Shown here piece by piece: positions 46,985 to 59,203 of a stretch of 64,000 bases of DNA (its first letter is position 1; the number at the start of each line of letters is the position of its first letter). Source of the stretch: Antedon mediterranea. Lineage: Eukaryota > Animalia > Echinodermata. Below the pieces are notes generated by a model. That model was not told where the DNA came from and did not search any database. It worked only from the letters and a program-made list of their open reading frames with translations. Made by a program: the position numbers and the translations under genes. The stretch lies in contig NC_092679.1 in NCBI RefSeq assembly GCF_964355755.1, positions 21,063,432-21,127,431 of the forward strand, read 5' to 3'.

Positions 46985-48955
46985 TTTGTCTGAAATAGAA
47001 ACAAAATGGTGAATTATGAATATAGAATCTGGTAATCTTGAATTGGAATGTAATATAAAATGAAATATCACGTATAGGTATTTGAATCGGGTAATCAGTA
47101 ATTGGAATGTAATTCAAAGGAGACATGAAATACTGTATCATAAGATACATAAGCCTATACCTTTCTCATGACTGTTTGTATTGTGGAAAAGGGAGTCAGA
47201 AAGTTTTTGGACATGGATTAGTTTAGTGGTCTAAACATGCGCCTTCCAAAAAAAATAGTACATACACGATTGTAAGTTCGTATTTGAATTGTTTGTTAAA
47301 CTCTTAATTTTAAAATTGAAAAAAAAATCATAAAGAAACAAAGCATTTCACGTTTCCGCGATAAATCTAATAGGACTAAACAAGTAAAAACTAGGAAATC
47401 AAGAAAGTAACGCACAACAAATCTAAGCGTTAAATTAGGATTGAAACGACAAAATACTTACATGCTTTGAATATAGTCTGCTAAACGAATGAAGCCTCCG
47501 ACAAGTATAAGCCAAAAGAGGCAGATCAAGCTGTGCGCTTTGAATTTATAGCCAGTTACTAGGGACTTCGATCAAAGATAGCTTGAGATAAACTCATGTA
47601 ATCTTAACAATGTTACGTGGCCAGTTTACATCTTTAATCAACCGTGATAATATTAAACAACTGATGTTTAATATTTAACTACAATATAAAAACACAACGT
47701 GACATTAAGTTTGTGGTAAGGTTGATCACATAACTTAAGCAAATATCGGTGCAAATTCACCTGATTTTTGTGATTACATAGATAAACAATTGCCTAGTGA
47801 TACAGACGCGCTCGAAGTTAGCAAATAGAGTATGAGTGAAATGAGTATGAGTAATCTTTTCTAATAATAACTTGTTAATAATTCAATTATGAATGGTTGC
47901 TTTAAAAAAAAAATACTGGAGTGGGTGGGTGGTGTTAGTTAAGGTTATTAGAAATGGATCGATAATGGCAGTTATGTCCGTAAACACTATATTAATTTAA
48001 AATCATAGGAAGATATTTCCCTCTCTTTTCATTTGTTATATTTGGTTCCAGACGGAGTTTTGTTTTAATATTAGTAAAAAGATAAATATTTTGGTACATA
48101 TGGCGTTTCATACGTATACTACTTGAGTTTGGATACTCCTATTTTCAGAAAAAAAAACAAATAAATAAAAAAAAGAATGAATGCAGACTTGGGGCAAGTC
48201 TAATACAGACTATAAATTTCTTTAAATATTGCATATTCTCCAGAGAACTTGTCAATTTGAAATGCGTATGAAAATTATGTGGTAGGGTGTCCAGTTCCTT
48301 TCCACGCCGCCTTGTCCTTCCATTTTCAACCAGGTACTCATTTACAGCTCAACTTATTTACAGTCAAGTGTCCTAACCACTCGGCTACCCAACTCCTTAC
48401 TACTAAATTACTATATATACTGTATCATATGCGTACCGTAATAAAAGGGTAGACCTACTGTAAGCATGCATGTAGTTCAAGCAATATGATATAAGATTAA
48501 TTATTTTCAACATCATTTCTCATTCTTAATCCGGTACAGTAGTAGTTTGTTGATCTAGAGTATATTTAAATATAGGCCTATTTATTTATTTATTTATTTA
48601 TATTGAATCCTGTTTCGTGAAGCTTGGGAAAAGTGCTCCCTCTTTAGAAAATAGTTCCATAATTACTTTTTTCAAGAAGTTTTATAAAGAAGAAACTTAA
48701 CTATTATTTTGATTGATAGGATTCAATTATTCATTAGAAAGTCTGTCAATCATGATGGGATATTGATGAAAATAAAATCCGACACAACATTTGCTCTTCT
48801 AGGGACCGAGCCTTTTCCTTTTTTTAATATTTTAAAAGACTGAAATTATTGAATTAAATTTATTTTAATGGATTGAAAGTAAATAAATGTTGAAAATTTA
48901 ATTTATTGAATATTTTGGTAATCAGACCGACCTTTTACTGCTACATCATATATAA

Positions 48956-49102
48956 AGCTCTGTCTACTGTGACAAAAATATGATGTGCCCATATATGGAC
49001 ATGATGGCGTCATATCACTACCATATTGGAGCATATCACTACCATATTTTAGCACATCACACTTTTTTGTTGTCAAACTAGTTTGATAGTGTAGACAGAG
49101 CT
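48956..49102. mobile_element. MITE family 1 copy
   Basis: TAA|AGCTCTGTCTAC ... AGTTTGATAGTGTAGACAGAGCT|TTA, with internal CATATCACTACCATATT repeats. Confidence 0.85.
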
Positions 49103-49499
49103 TTAGCATTTTTGTACAAATCGATTTGTCTGCATCATCAGCGGATCGTAATTGTCAAACGTCATAGTCTAGGATTTAATCTCAGATGATCATCATTATC
49201 ATAGTCATCATATTCAAAGATTCATTCGTTTAACGTTAGTTACCAACAGCACAAATTAGGAAAACAACAAGAAAATACATTTAATTTTTTTATTTCAAAT
49301 TTTCTAAACAAAAATGTTGCACATTGACAGACATTGTGCAGTTTATACACTGTTGTCGATAGCGCCAGCCTCCTTGATTTCGATGTTTTTGAGATACATT
49401 GTAATGTCCAAGTTGTTTCAGAACTTTATTTGTTTCTATTGTTCGACTATTTGAACTAGGATTTTATTTAAAGTTCAAGCTTTGTTTTAAAAGCACATC

Positions 49500-49892
49500 T
49501 TAAGCCTTGCTGAAGCATCGTTTGGCTTTAGTACCGTCGAACTCGAATGTAACACACATCTGTCCTCCACAGAGCTCACGGGTTACACCGTTGCCTTTCT
49601 CGCCCTTCAGCACCAGCTTGTCACCGTCCCAGGCTGGGGTTACACTCAGTTCCTTTCCTCTCAGAGCCTTGATGTCTGGATCAACAAAGCTGGTTCCAAT
49701 GGAGAAGCTAACTTCCCTGGTTCCGGCAGCTGTGGTTGTCTTGATGTTAAAGCTGTCGCCGTTCTGGGCGATCACAACCGTTGAACCTTCCTGGGCTGGT
49801 CTCTTGTCGGCTGGCACATTCAGTTTGTCCAACAGGGCTACCAAACCCTCACCACTGGCAAACTTCCATGTTCCACTGAAGTCAACAGGCAT
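49500..49892 (-). CDS. FABP: FABP copy 2, 130 aa, intronless CDS
   Basis: MPVDFSGTWKF...WDGDKLV...TRE...KRCFSKA, with the calycin GxW motif. Acceptor before 49905; UTR-exon donor AAG|GTAAGT at 50755; TATATAAA at 50846-50853 (minus). Confidence 0.92.
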   Translation of the reverse strand: MPVDFSGTWKFASGEGLVALLDKLNVPADKRPAQEGSTVVIAQNGDSFNIKTTTAAGTREVSFSIGTSFVDPDIKALRGKELSVTPAWDGDKLVLKGEKGNGVTRELCGGQMCVTFEFDGTKAKRCFSKA

Positions 49893-52599
49893 GATGAAAT
49901 TTAATCTATCGGTAAAAAAAAAATATTAGAAACGATAATATTAAAATTGTGTGAATAAAATCGCGAGTCAAATTGCATTCACGTGCATTAGCCTACATCT
50001 TGATAAAAATCAAAACAGGAATATTTTTTAAATGGGGTGAAATTTATGGGGTGAGATAACCCTATCGAGTCATCTAATTCCGTCGAAAGTTTTATTTACC
50101 CAACAGGGTTACACTGTCAAAGGTAGTGTTTGTATAGTTTGGCCGAGTTCTATATAGAGTCACTGTGAAATAATAAAATCTGTATAACTAGTTTAAATTC
50201 AAGATAAACACTATTTTCTTCAAGTTGGTCTACTGGTCTAACCCAATGCTATTACAAGTTTAGGTGATTTTACTCTCAACACAAACGAAAGATCATTTTA
50301 AAATAAAAGAAGGATATGGTTTTGTCAAGAACATTCCATACCTTTTATTTCTAGAATAAAAGTCATTCTGTCTATAGTTTGTAAATCGACATAGGCTTTT
50401 GGTATTTTGCCAAAAAACATAGTTAGCTGATAACAATTTACTAAACCTAACTTTAAATTCAGACGTTTGTTAAATTAATTATTTATTTTGTCAACATTAT
50501 TTTAATAGCAATATACAAAAAAAAGTAAAAGTAAAAAATTACAAGCAATATACAGAAATAGTATTAGCTGGTGTAAAAAAGAAATATTAAAAGGAGAAAA
50601 AAAACTTGAAATGTGGATAGTAAATAAAGTAGTCAGATTATTTACAGCTTGAATAATATAGGTAACATGTAATAACTATCAAATTAACTACTACTTTGAT
50701 GAATAAGTTATAAATATTGTACTGTAGGTTAGAATCTACAATAATTGTACTTACCTTTTTGTTGCTTGCGAGAGAAAAGAAAAGAGCGTTTAGCTGATCG
50801 GTTGGTCGAGAAGATCAAGGATGCAAAATTAGGATTTTATGCCAATTTATATACTTTGATGTTTAGATAATTCTACAAGAAACACCCTTTCATCATCTTA
50901 ATTGCTTTATTTCTATTGGTCAAGCTCATCGAAAAACGATCAGTAATTGGTTGATAATTCTTCTAGATGCTAAATCAGCAAACACTATAGAAGTTAAGCA
51001 AATATTTAAAGGTGGGTAATCGATGGGAGTATATCTCAAGTCGTTCGTGCTGTTGAATGCTGATTCGGTGAAAGGTTATAGAACTAGTATAAGCCAATAT
51101 GTTGTCAACACCTCGAATAGGGTGACCTATAGGGCAAAGAGAACCCATTGACTTTTTCGTCACGTTCCTATCATATACAATACGCTTTTGATTGATGGGG
51201 ATTGTAGTTTGGTACTTGTACAGAATAACCCTATTATCTAAGCAAATTCATCTTCGTGGAACGATTTGTACGATTCCACAGGTGTGGGCCGTTGCTATGC
51301 TATATTAAAAGACCTGTGGGAATTTAAAATAAGAACATTTTGTAATTATTATAAATAATTAAACTTATGCAAATAATATTTTTAAAACATTCAACCTAAA
51401 AGAGCTACGTCAACATCTACCTTCCACCTCAGCTCCACCTCTCCCCCTCCATCATCTCTTTTCGAACTAACCATATCCTACCCATTCCAGCCCACCTGTC
51501 ACCCTCCCTAATCTGTTTTCGAACAAGTACCCATCTATCCATTCCAGCCCACCTGTCACCCCAACCACTTCAAACCCACCATGTGGTGCAGAGGTTCAGA
51601 CGTTTTGAGAAAATAGACCCAGATGCCTAGAAATTGCATATGGTAAGATAAAAACTAGTGTACCGTGTTGCATATAAGTTAATACAAAATGATGTTATAG
51701 CGAACGAAATGAATTAATGAACCATTCGTTATGATAAAATATGTATTCCTTATTTTTAGGTTTAAATGTTATGAAACTTTTTTGTTATATTATTTTAATG
51801 ATGGATTCACACCAACCTCGCATTTTGTATTTATGGAGTGCTTCAAATATGCATAAATCGAAATCAAACAATATTCTTTTTTTTTTTACACCAAAAAATA
51901 TGCTAAAACATATTGCAGATTCACATGCTTTTATTTGTTTATATTTACCATAAAAGTTGATACACAATTTTAGTTGATTAATCTTCTATTAGGCTAGATT
52001 ATTTATAAAAAAATTGAAAGTTAATCATTTGGATGCATAGTCTGATTTAGGTCTTGACCGATTCAGAATTTAGGCGATTTGATAAAATGAGGTAATTTTA
52101 TCTATCTGTGTTCAGTTCTATTGAATTGGAGTGCACGTGTTATTCACAGAAATTAACAGAAATATTGCATTATTAGTTATAGTTAGAGTTATTGCGTATG
52201 ATCAAATTTTGGAAATTTGATAAAAATGAGTTACTTTAGCTATTCCGGTTTGCAGACTGCTTGAATTAGACTGTTGTCATCGTTATTAGTTATGATGGTA
52301 TTGCGATTCACACCAACCTCCCATTTTGTACCATAGTTAATTATGGAGAGAGGTTCAAATACTTAATTTACATAGCCCACAAACGTGGTAAATTGTAAGC
52401 GGAAAAATAAAAATATAGAATCTGTTATTTCTTGTGACCATTACACAAAACGCGAAGCGGACGAGCGGCGGTTTAGCGGAAACGAGCTCATGATAGATTC
52501 TATGGCACAAGCTACGCGGTTCTCCGACGACGTTACCGCTTGTATATTAGCCGTTGTATATAAAGGTTGAATTGACTTAATATATAGCTATGTTCGCCA

Positions 52600-52771
52600 C
52601 AGTGGCGTAACGCAGAGGCCTGATGCCCTTGGTTTGGGAACCCTACGTGGCCCTCCAACGCTGGAGACCCCAGGCGTTCTTAACCTTTTTCGACATATTT
52701 TAATGTCTTTTTTTTTTCTGGGCTCTAGTCTTAGGTTTAGCCAGTGAGCGCTCATAGCCGTTACGCCACTG
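52600..52771. mobile_element. hAT MITE, 172 bp
   Basis: TIR CAGTGGCGTAACG / CGTTACGCCACTG flanked by a perfect 8-bp TSD GTTCGCCA (52592-52599, 52772-52779). Confidence 0.9.
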
Positions 52772-53654
52772 GTTCGCCATTACCAGCGAGCTTTGCAAAT
52801 ATAACTGAAATATCTGTACAAAAGTCAGTATATACAAATTGCTATCCCCAGCAAAGTCCGTCATTATCGTTGATAAGTGGTCTATATAAACCACACCATA
52901 TTCATAAAACGTAAGATACGCTTGTATGCTTATCGTACGCGTCGTTTGCTGTCTGTGATTTACAGTGATATTAGAATTCGATATACATTATTTTGAGTTA
53001 GTTTAAGAAGATAAACTCATGGATATAAACATAGTAAATTTGATTGACAAAATCATAGAGAGAGATAGTCGTAAAAGGTCACTGGGATCTTCAAACGAAT
53101 CGATAAATTGGAATTTGTACAGTAGAGAAAAAAAACCCAAAGTGTCTGATGATAGTATCTGTCTGTACACAGTTTAGAGTTAGTGGGTCTAATATCTTCG
53201 AGGGACCCTGGGCAGTGGCTATACCCAAGCCTAGAGTAACACCATTAACCATTAATATTTACGTGTTTAATGCAATATGCCTACTTGTAACGTTTATATT
53301 TTTTATTTTAGATTATAAAAGGATCCCAATGGGAAAAAGCTTTTTGGGCTATCCTGGAAAATCTTTTATAAATGTATTATTTGTAATGTCAGTAATTTAT
53401 GTTATCACTTCGTATGTAGTGATATATGGAAATCATGAGGTTTCTTAAAGTTCTAGAATTGTATAGTATACTTTTTCCTGACCAGCATTATCTTTGGGGT
53501 GCCTCTTTCTTGGTTGTTGTCTCTGAGCACCCGGTCGTCTGTGGCAAGGCAAATGTGTATCCTGTTCCTTTGTTTGGTCACCTAGGTAGGGGTCCGGATC
53601 CGGGACCGCGACAGAACGAGAACGGATGGGGACCCTGCAAAGAAATTGCATTTT

Positions 53655-53754
53655 ATTTGTCGGGCATTTGTATGATTTGTTTTATTTTTTTTGAATGCGC
53701 CTTGAGCACTCTTGAGTGGTATGTGCGCTATAAAAATCCTGTTATTATTATTAT
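53655..53754 (+). mobile_element. L2/Crack-type LINE or SINE 3' tail fragment
   Basis: GCGCCTTGAGCACTCTTGAGTGGTATGTGCGCTATAAAAATCCTG(TTA)n, a typical stem-loop plus microsatellite tail. Confidence 0.55.
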
Positions 53755-54321
53755 GTATTTGTTATGATGATTTTCCTAATAAATGAGATGAACTCAAATA
53801 AATCAGCTGGACCAGATGACGTGCATCCAAGAGTACTGAAGGAACTTAAAGAAATTGTTGCAACTCCATTGACGTCAATATACAACAAATCACTATCGAC
53901 TGGACAGTTACCGGAGTGCTGGAAATGTGCAAATGTAGTACCAATTTTTAAGAAAGGGGACAAGACGGAGGTTGGAAACTACAGGCCAGTAAGTTTGACA
54001 TCTGTCGTATGCAAACTTTTGGAATCAATTGTGAGAGACAAAATTATACAGTTTCTAAATGATAGAAACCTTATTATAAAAGCACAGCATGGGTTTCGGA
54101 AAGGTAGATCTTGCGTCACACAATTGCTGCTGGAGGTGATGGAAGAATGGACGAAATTGCTGGATGCGGGGGAAAACTTTGATGCTGTATATTTGGATTT
54201 TAGTAAGGCGTTCGATTCTATCCCCACCAGAGATTAATAACAAAATTGGAAGCGTACGGAATAAAAGGAAACCTACTAAGATGGATACATCAATTTTTGA
54301 CAGGGAGGAGACAAAGAGTTA

Positions 54322-56218
54322 GACCCCATTTACACTTACGATTTAGGCCGGCCCTGGGTCGGCCCTGGGTCGGCAATTGATAAGTGTAAATACTCCAAAA
54401 AGTTAGGCCGGCCCTGGGCCGGACGCAGATCTGGGCCACCTCTCCAGGTAGGTTCAGGAGCGGCTTTTACGTTTGGGCCGGCTTACGCAGTGAACCGTGA
54501 ACAACGTTTGACCTTTTTATGAGGTTGTTGTTATGACGATCCGACATTCTCAGTACATACCGTACCTTCCTCCTTTCCGGGCGACAATTTGTTTTCTTCA
54601 TTATATAGTTAAATTTATTTTCAGACATCTTCTTTCAATAAAGTATTCCTCCGCTTGTTTCGCATATACATAAAATATAGCCATATTATATATAAAACAG
54701 TGGGGTTCATTTTGTTTTTAATGGGACAAAAAACAACAATACAGTATAAGGCCAAATAAAAAAATATACTTGTTAAGCGTCACACCCTCATAAATTTTCA
54801 GGGGCGGGGGGACGGTTTTTTTGTTTTTTTTTTTATAGAGGTATATTTTTGCGCGGTGGACTTTTTGCCCCACTTTTTTAGGACGAAACGTCAAACTTTT
54901 AAAATGCGAAACAGAACAAAATTGACTATGTATGAAATATTATTGCTTATGACAAAATTGAGTTTTGTATTGTTTATATCCAAACATTAAATTTAATTGC
55001 CACCAAGCGAAATTGTAGGCCTTAGGCTAACTAATCCGTCCAAGGTGCTACCCCAACCTCACTCATCGGCCATCCGCCGTCTCTCGCTCGACTCATCTAT
55101 CCAGGAAATTCCCTATCGCGAGAAGCATGATTTGGTCTCAATAATACTAAATAGTGGGCTAATTTATAGTTTGAAAACAGCTTACGGCATTTCTTAAGTG
55201 AATTTTTATTCAACGTATTCATTCTTCTTTGATGAATCCTTTGCCAATTGCTGTGTAAATCAGTATTTAAAGTTGTGATGCAAAAAGTGTATGTAATTAT
55301 TCCAGGCAGGTAAACCAGGCATGTAAGGAAACCCATCGCCCAACAGGACCTCGTGGTGTGCCGATCTCGAGCGCGAGATCATCGTAAACAAAATTGGTAG
55401 AGTCCATTATGTATGGGGTGTTTCCTATTTACGAACCTATAAAAAAACTGGCTTCGACCACTGTGTAGGCAAAATATTTATTTCGTTAAATCCCTAAATT
55501 GATAATCGCGTATTCTGTAATCACGTGACTAATGATGTAATCCTCAGCGACGTACTAAATGCACATGATTTAATGTGTTGGGGAAAAAGCTTGCTGTTTA
55601 CCACATTACATGATTCACGGTGCTATTCGCGTTTCCTTTACGTAAATCGGCGGCGTGTAAATGAAACAATTGTTTTCACCAATTTGCCGTTGTCGACATA
55701 GAGCGATCGGCGGCTAGCGTTGTCTAAGCTAAAAAGTATGTATTTTTTCAAAAATTACGCTAGCCTAACAAACATTTGCTAGTTTTGAAATTTTCAAATA
55801 GCAATTATGAAGAATCTACTAGCAAAATGCTAGTTTGCTAGCGTGAATTTCGAGCCCTACTCTGGAGCTGGGTCGGGCCGCTGAACTTTCCGTTGTATAT
55901 CGGTAAAAAAAAAATAAAAATAAAAAGAGAGGCGGCTGGATAATCAGGAGCGGGCGGTGACGCTTAACAAGTATGTTTTTTTATTTGGCCTAAATATAAA
56001 ACGGTCGGTTCGCGCGGAGAGTTGAATTGACGATCGAGAGAGAAAAATGTAAACAAACTGTACTTCGTATCCCAGCATGCAATGGTACTTCCGATAAAAT
56101 TATTTACGACCAGTAATCTGCGTCGCTAGTGTAAACGCTCTGGGGCCGGCCTAAAAGGTAAATATTTGCAACCGGCCCAGGACCGGCCCTGGACCCAAAC
56201 GTAAGTGTAAATGGGGTC
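54322..56218. mobile_element. PIF/Harbinger MITE (1897 bp including a nested element) inserted in the LINE RT
   Basis: TTA|GACCCCATTTACACTTACG ... CGTAAGTGTAAATGGGGTC|TTA. Excision restores RQRV-RVAAAFSKWSTVKSGVPQG. Confidence 0.92.
54750..55990. mobile_element. Second Harbinger-like MITE nested inside the 54322-56218 element
   Basis: TAA|GGCCAAATAAAAAAATATACTTGTTAAGCGTCAC ... GTGACGCTTAACAAGTATGTTTTTTTATTTGGCC|TAA: 34-bp TIR with one mismatch. Confidence 0.88.
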
Positions 56219-56740
56219 TTAGAGTGGCCGCAGCATTTTCTAAATGGTCTACGGTTAAAAGCGGAGTCCCTCAAGGCAGCGTGTTAGGCCCTTTATTATT
56301 TATAATTTTTCATAAACGACCTACCTGATGCAGTTAAATCTAAAGTATGGATGTTTGCAGATGACACTAAGATGTTTAATGTTGTGCATGAAAACAGAAA
56401 TGATACTGTTCAAAATGATCTCAAGGCATTATCCGATTGGTCTAAAAGATGGCAGCTGAAATTCAACATCAATAAATGTAAAGTAATACATTATGGAAAT
56501 TCAAATCCACAAATGCAATTCACTATGCCAACAGAGGAAGGTGACGAGGATCTGCCAAATGCCAATACTGAAAAGGACCTTGGAGTTACTTTTGATCAGT
56601 CTTTAAAATTTTCACTACATACGAATGAAGCTGTAAATAAAGCAAATAGACTCATTGGATTGGTAAGGCGATCGTTTGCTTACATGGATATGGATATGTT
56701 CCTGCCCCTTTATAAAAGTATAATTCGACCTCATCTGGAA

Positions 56741-57187
56741 CATCTCTGAACAAATTCAACCTGAAGTTTTATATAAGGAATTAGTAATTAAAAAATTGAA
56801 AATTATTTTAAAAGACCACGCTCATCCTCTGCACTATAAATTTAACAAAAGTCAACGTTGTGACAGACTCCTTCAAAGAAAAATTAAAACAAATAGATAT
56901 GGCAATTCATTCGTCCCTGCCGCTATACGATTATATAATGAATGATATTATCATTCATTATATAATCGTATAATCGTATTTTATGCGCTAGTTTTATTTT
57001 TTGTAGTATTTTAAATCGACTTTTTAGGATTTTATATGTATATTTTGTATGGCTTTTTTTTTTTTATCGTATTTTATATTTTATGTACTGTATCCATTTT
57101 ATATTTGTATGTACTGTACTTTTGAAAAGGCCAACAGAGTTTCCCCATGGGGATAATAAAGTTTTAATTGAATTGAATTGAATTGAA
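56741..57187 (+). mobile_element. 3' end of a Rex1/Babar-like LINE inserted in the CR1 RT
   Basis: C-terminal peptide ILKDHAHPLHYKF...KTNRYGNSFVPAAIRLYNE* (stop 56943-56945), followed by a TCCCCATGGGGA hairpin, AATAAAG and a (AATTG)n tail. It interrupts the host motif RPHLE|YASCIW. Confidence 0.8.
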
Positions 57188-58810
57188 TACGCAAGCTGTA
57201 TATGGTACCCTCTCCTAAAAGGTGATTTGGATAAGCTTGAAAGAGTGCAGCGAGGGCCACTAAAATTGTCAAAAAGTTAAGAGATAAATCTTACGATCAG
57301 AGATTAAAAGAGCTTGGATTACCTACACTGAATTACAGAAGAAGGAGAGCGGACATTATACAAGTGTTTAAAATTATCAAGGGCTTGGATGATATTGAAG
57401 CCGAAACCTTTTTTGACTTTAGAGAGGACAGTAGAACAAGGGGCCATCAATTCAAATTAAGAAAGCCAAGAGCCCGACTGAAAATCAGAAGCCACTCCTT
57501 TTCAAGTAGAATCGTCAACACATGGAACAATCTATACCACACTACAGTACAAGCAGAAAACATTAATGCATTCAAGGATCAACTAAACAAAGACAGAGCA
57601 ATGGGAGATAAATTTTGCTACCAATTCTAGATAAATACAGAAGAAATGGAGGGCGTTTAAAAGGCATTTGCCTTAATCAAGAGCCCGAAGATTCAAGTAA
57701 GATTCAATTAAGAATAACAACTTTTGTTGAGCGCATAGAAGTAACAATCAGAAACCACAAGCCTAAGTAATGTTGATTGTAAATACGGCTACAAGGTGTT
57801 AGAAATTGAGGGAGAGACGAGGTGTGAACACATTTCATAAAGCCCCTTTTTTCTTTTTGTTATATAATTATAAGTTATTATAATTTCAATGTGTGTTTTA
57901 TTTTTTATTTTATTAAAAGTAACGTTTACTGGTATATGCCTATGTGTGCTTGTACCAGGTACCTTGTTGACATTTCGGAATATCACCTTCATAAAAAATG
58001 TAGTTGTACGATCACCTTTGATCAACAATAACCACGCATGAGCAGGGGGCGTGTTTTATGAAATTTTTTAAAGTCACCTGTTTCTATCTCAAGATTATAG
58101 TACCGTAGTAGGGGAGTAGATCTTAATTGGCAAGCTAGTTTTGAAATGACTTTGAACAACTTAGTTATCTTCTCACACTTGTCGTCTTTCTTGTCTTTAT
58201 AACTTGTCTTCATTATCTGAGACAACAGCGCATAAATCTAAACAAAACTACATTCTTTTTTCACAACAACAAATTATGCTAAAACATATTGCAGATTCAC
58301 AGGTTTTTATTTGTTTCTATTTATCATAACTATTGAAATCTTCTATTTAGATTATTAGGCCTAATTAACTATTAATACAACATTGAAAATAAATCATACA
58401 GTCTAATTTAGGTCTAGACAGATTCAGATTTTAGGCGATCTGATAAACTGTGGTAATGTTATCTATCAGTTCTGTTGAATTGGACTGCATGTGTTATTAA
58501 CAGAAATATTATATTACTAGAGTAAATCAAATTTCAGAAGATTTGATAAAAATGAGTTACTTTAGCTATTCCGGTTTTTCCAGATCGGTTGAACAAAACC
58601 GTTGCGTTATTAATTAAGAATTATAGTTGATGATAAAGCGGGTATTGCGTCAATTAAATTTGATACAAATTAACTCAGTAGTTCCATTTCAGTCCGATAG
58701 AATTACATTGTTGCGTTTTATTAGGCCTATTAGTTGTGTTTTTTGTATTAGTTAATAGTTCATTGGTAGAGTTGTTGCGTTATGTGAAAGTAATTCTGAT
58801 GATGCATCTT

Positions 58811-59203
58811 CTAGGCCTTGGTAAAAAACCTCTTGGCACTAACACCACCGAAGTCAAAGGTCACGATCATCTGTCCACCAGCGAGCTCACGGGTCAACGA
58901 GTTGCCACCTTGTCCCTTCATTACCAGCTTGTCTCCGTTCCATTCTGGTGTGACTTGGATGTCTTTTCCTCTTAATTCCTTGATGTCTGCATCCACGAAT
59001 GGTGTACCGATGGAGAAATTAGCCTCTCGTGTTCCGGCACCTGTTGTTGTCTTTACGGAGAAGGTGTCACCACTTTGGTTGATGACTACGGTGGAACTTT
59101 CATCGGAAGGTCTCTTTTCAGCAGGTACTTTAAGAGCGTCGAGAAGAGGTGTAAGACCCTCGCTCTTGCTGTGTTTCCAGGTTCCGCTGAAGTTGGCAGG
59201 CAT
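58811..59203 (-). CDS. FABP: FABP copy 3, 130 aa, intronless CDS
   Basis: MPANFSGTWK...KRFFTKA. True ATG at 59203, after the acceptor tttcag| (exon starts 59225). UTR-exon donor TTG|GTAAGT at 59878; TATAAAA at 59948-59954 (minus). Confidence 0.92.
   Translation of the reverse strand: MPANFSGTWKHSKSEGLTPLLDALKVPAEKRPSDESSTVVINQSGDTFSVKTTTGAGTREANFSIGTPFVDADIKELRGKDIQVTPEWNGDKLVMKGQGGNSLTRELAGGQMIVTFDFGGVSAKRFFTKA

Larger units (their letters stand above)
53764..57712 (+). mobile_element. 5'-truncated, frameshifted CR1-clade LINE reverse transcriptase, split by nested insertions
   Basis: Segments ~53764-54321, 56222-56740, 57188-57630. RT motifs: KSAGPDDVHPRVLKE, GNYRPVSLTS, QHGFRKGRSC, YLDFSKAFD, SGVPQGSVLGP, FADDTK, EKDLGV, RPHLEY, TRGHQFKL, FSSRIVNTWN. 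Several 1-nt frameshifts; the 3' end has a repeated AAGATTCAA tail (~57688-57712). Confidence 0.92.

Noticed and set aside
53149-53767. Hydrophobic ORFs upstream of the LINE RT as ORF1 or membrane proteins
   Set aside because: They run through AT-rich repeat tails and show no endonuclease or ORF1 motifs; the LINE is 5'-truncated.
55790-55860. Additional nested hAT element (AATTTCGAGCCCTA end)
   Set aside because: Only one terminus is visible, with no matching left TIR or 8-bp TSD.
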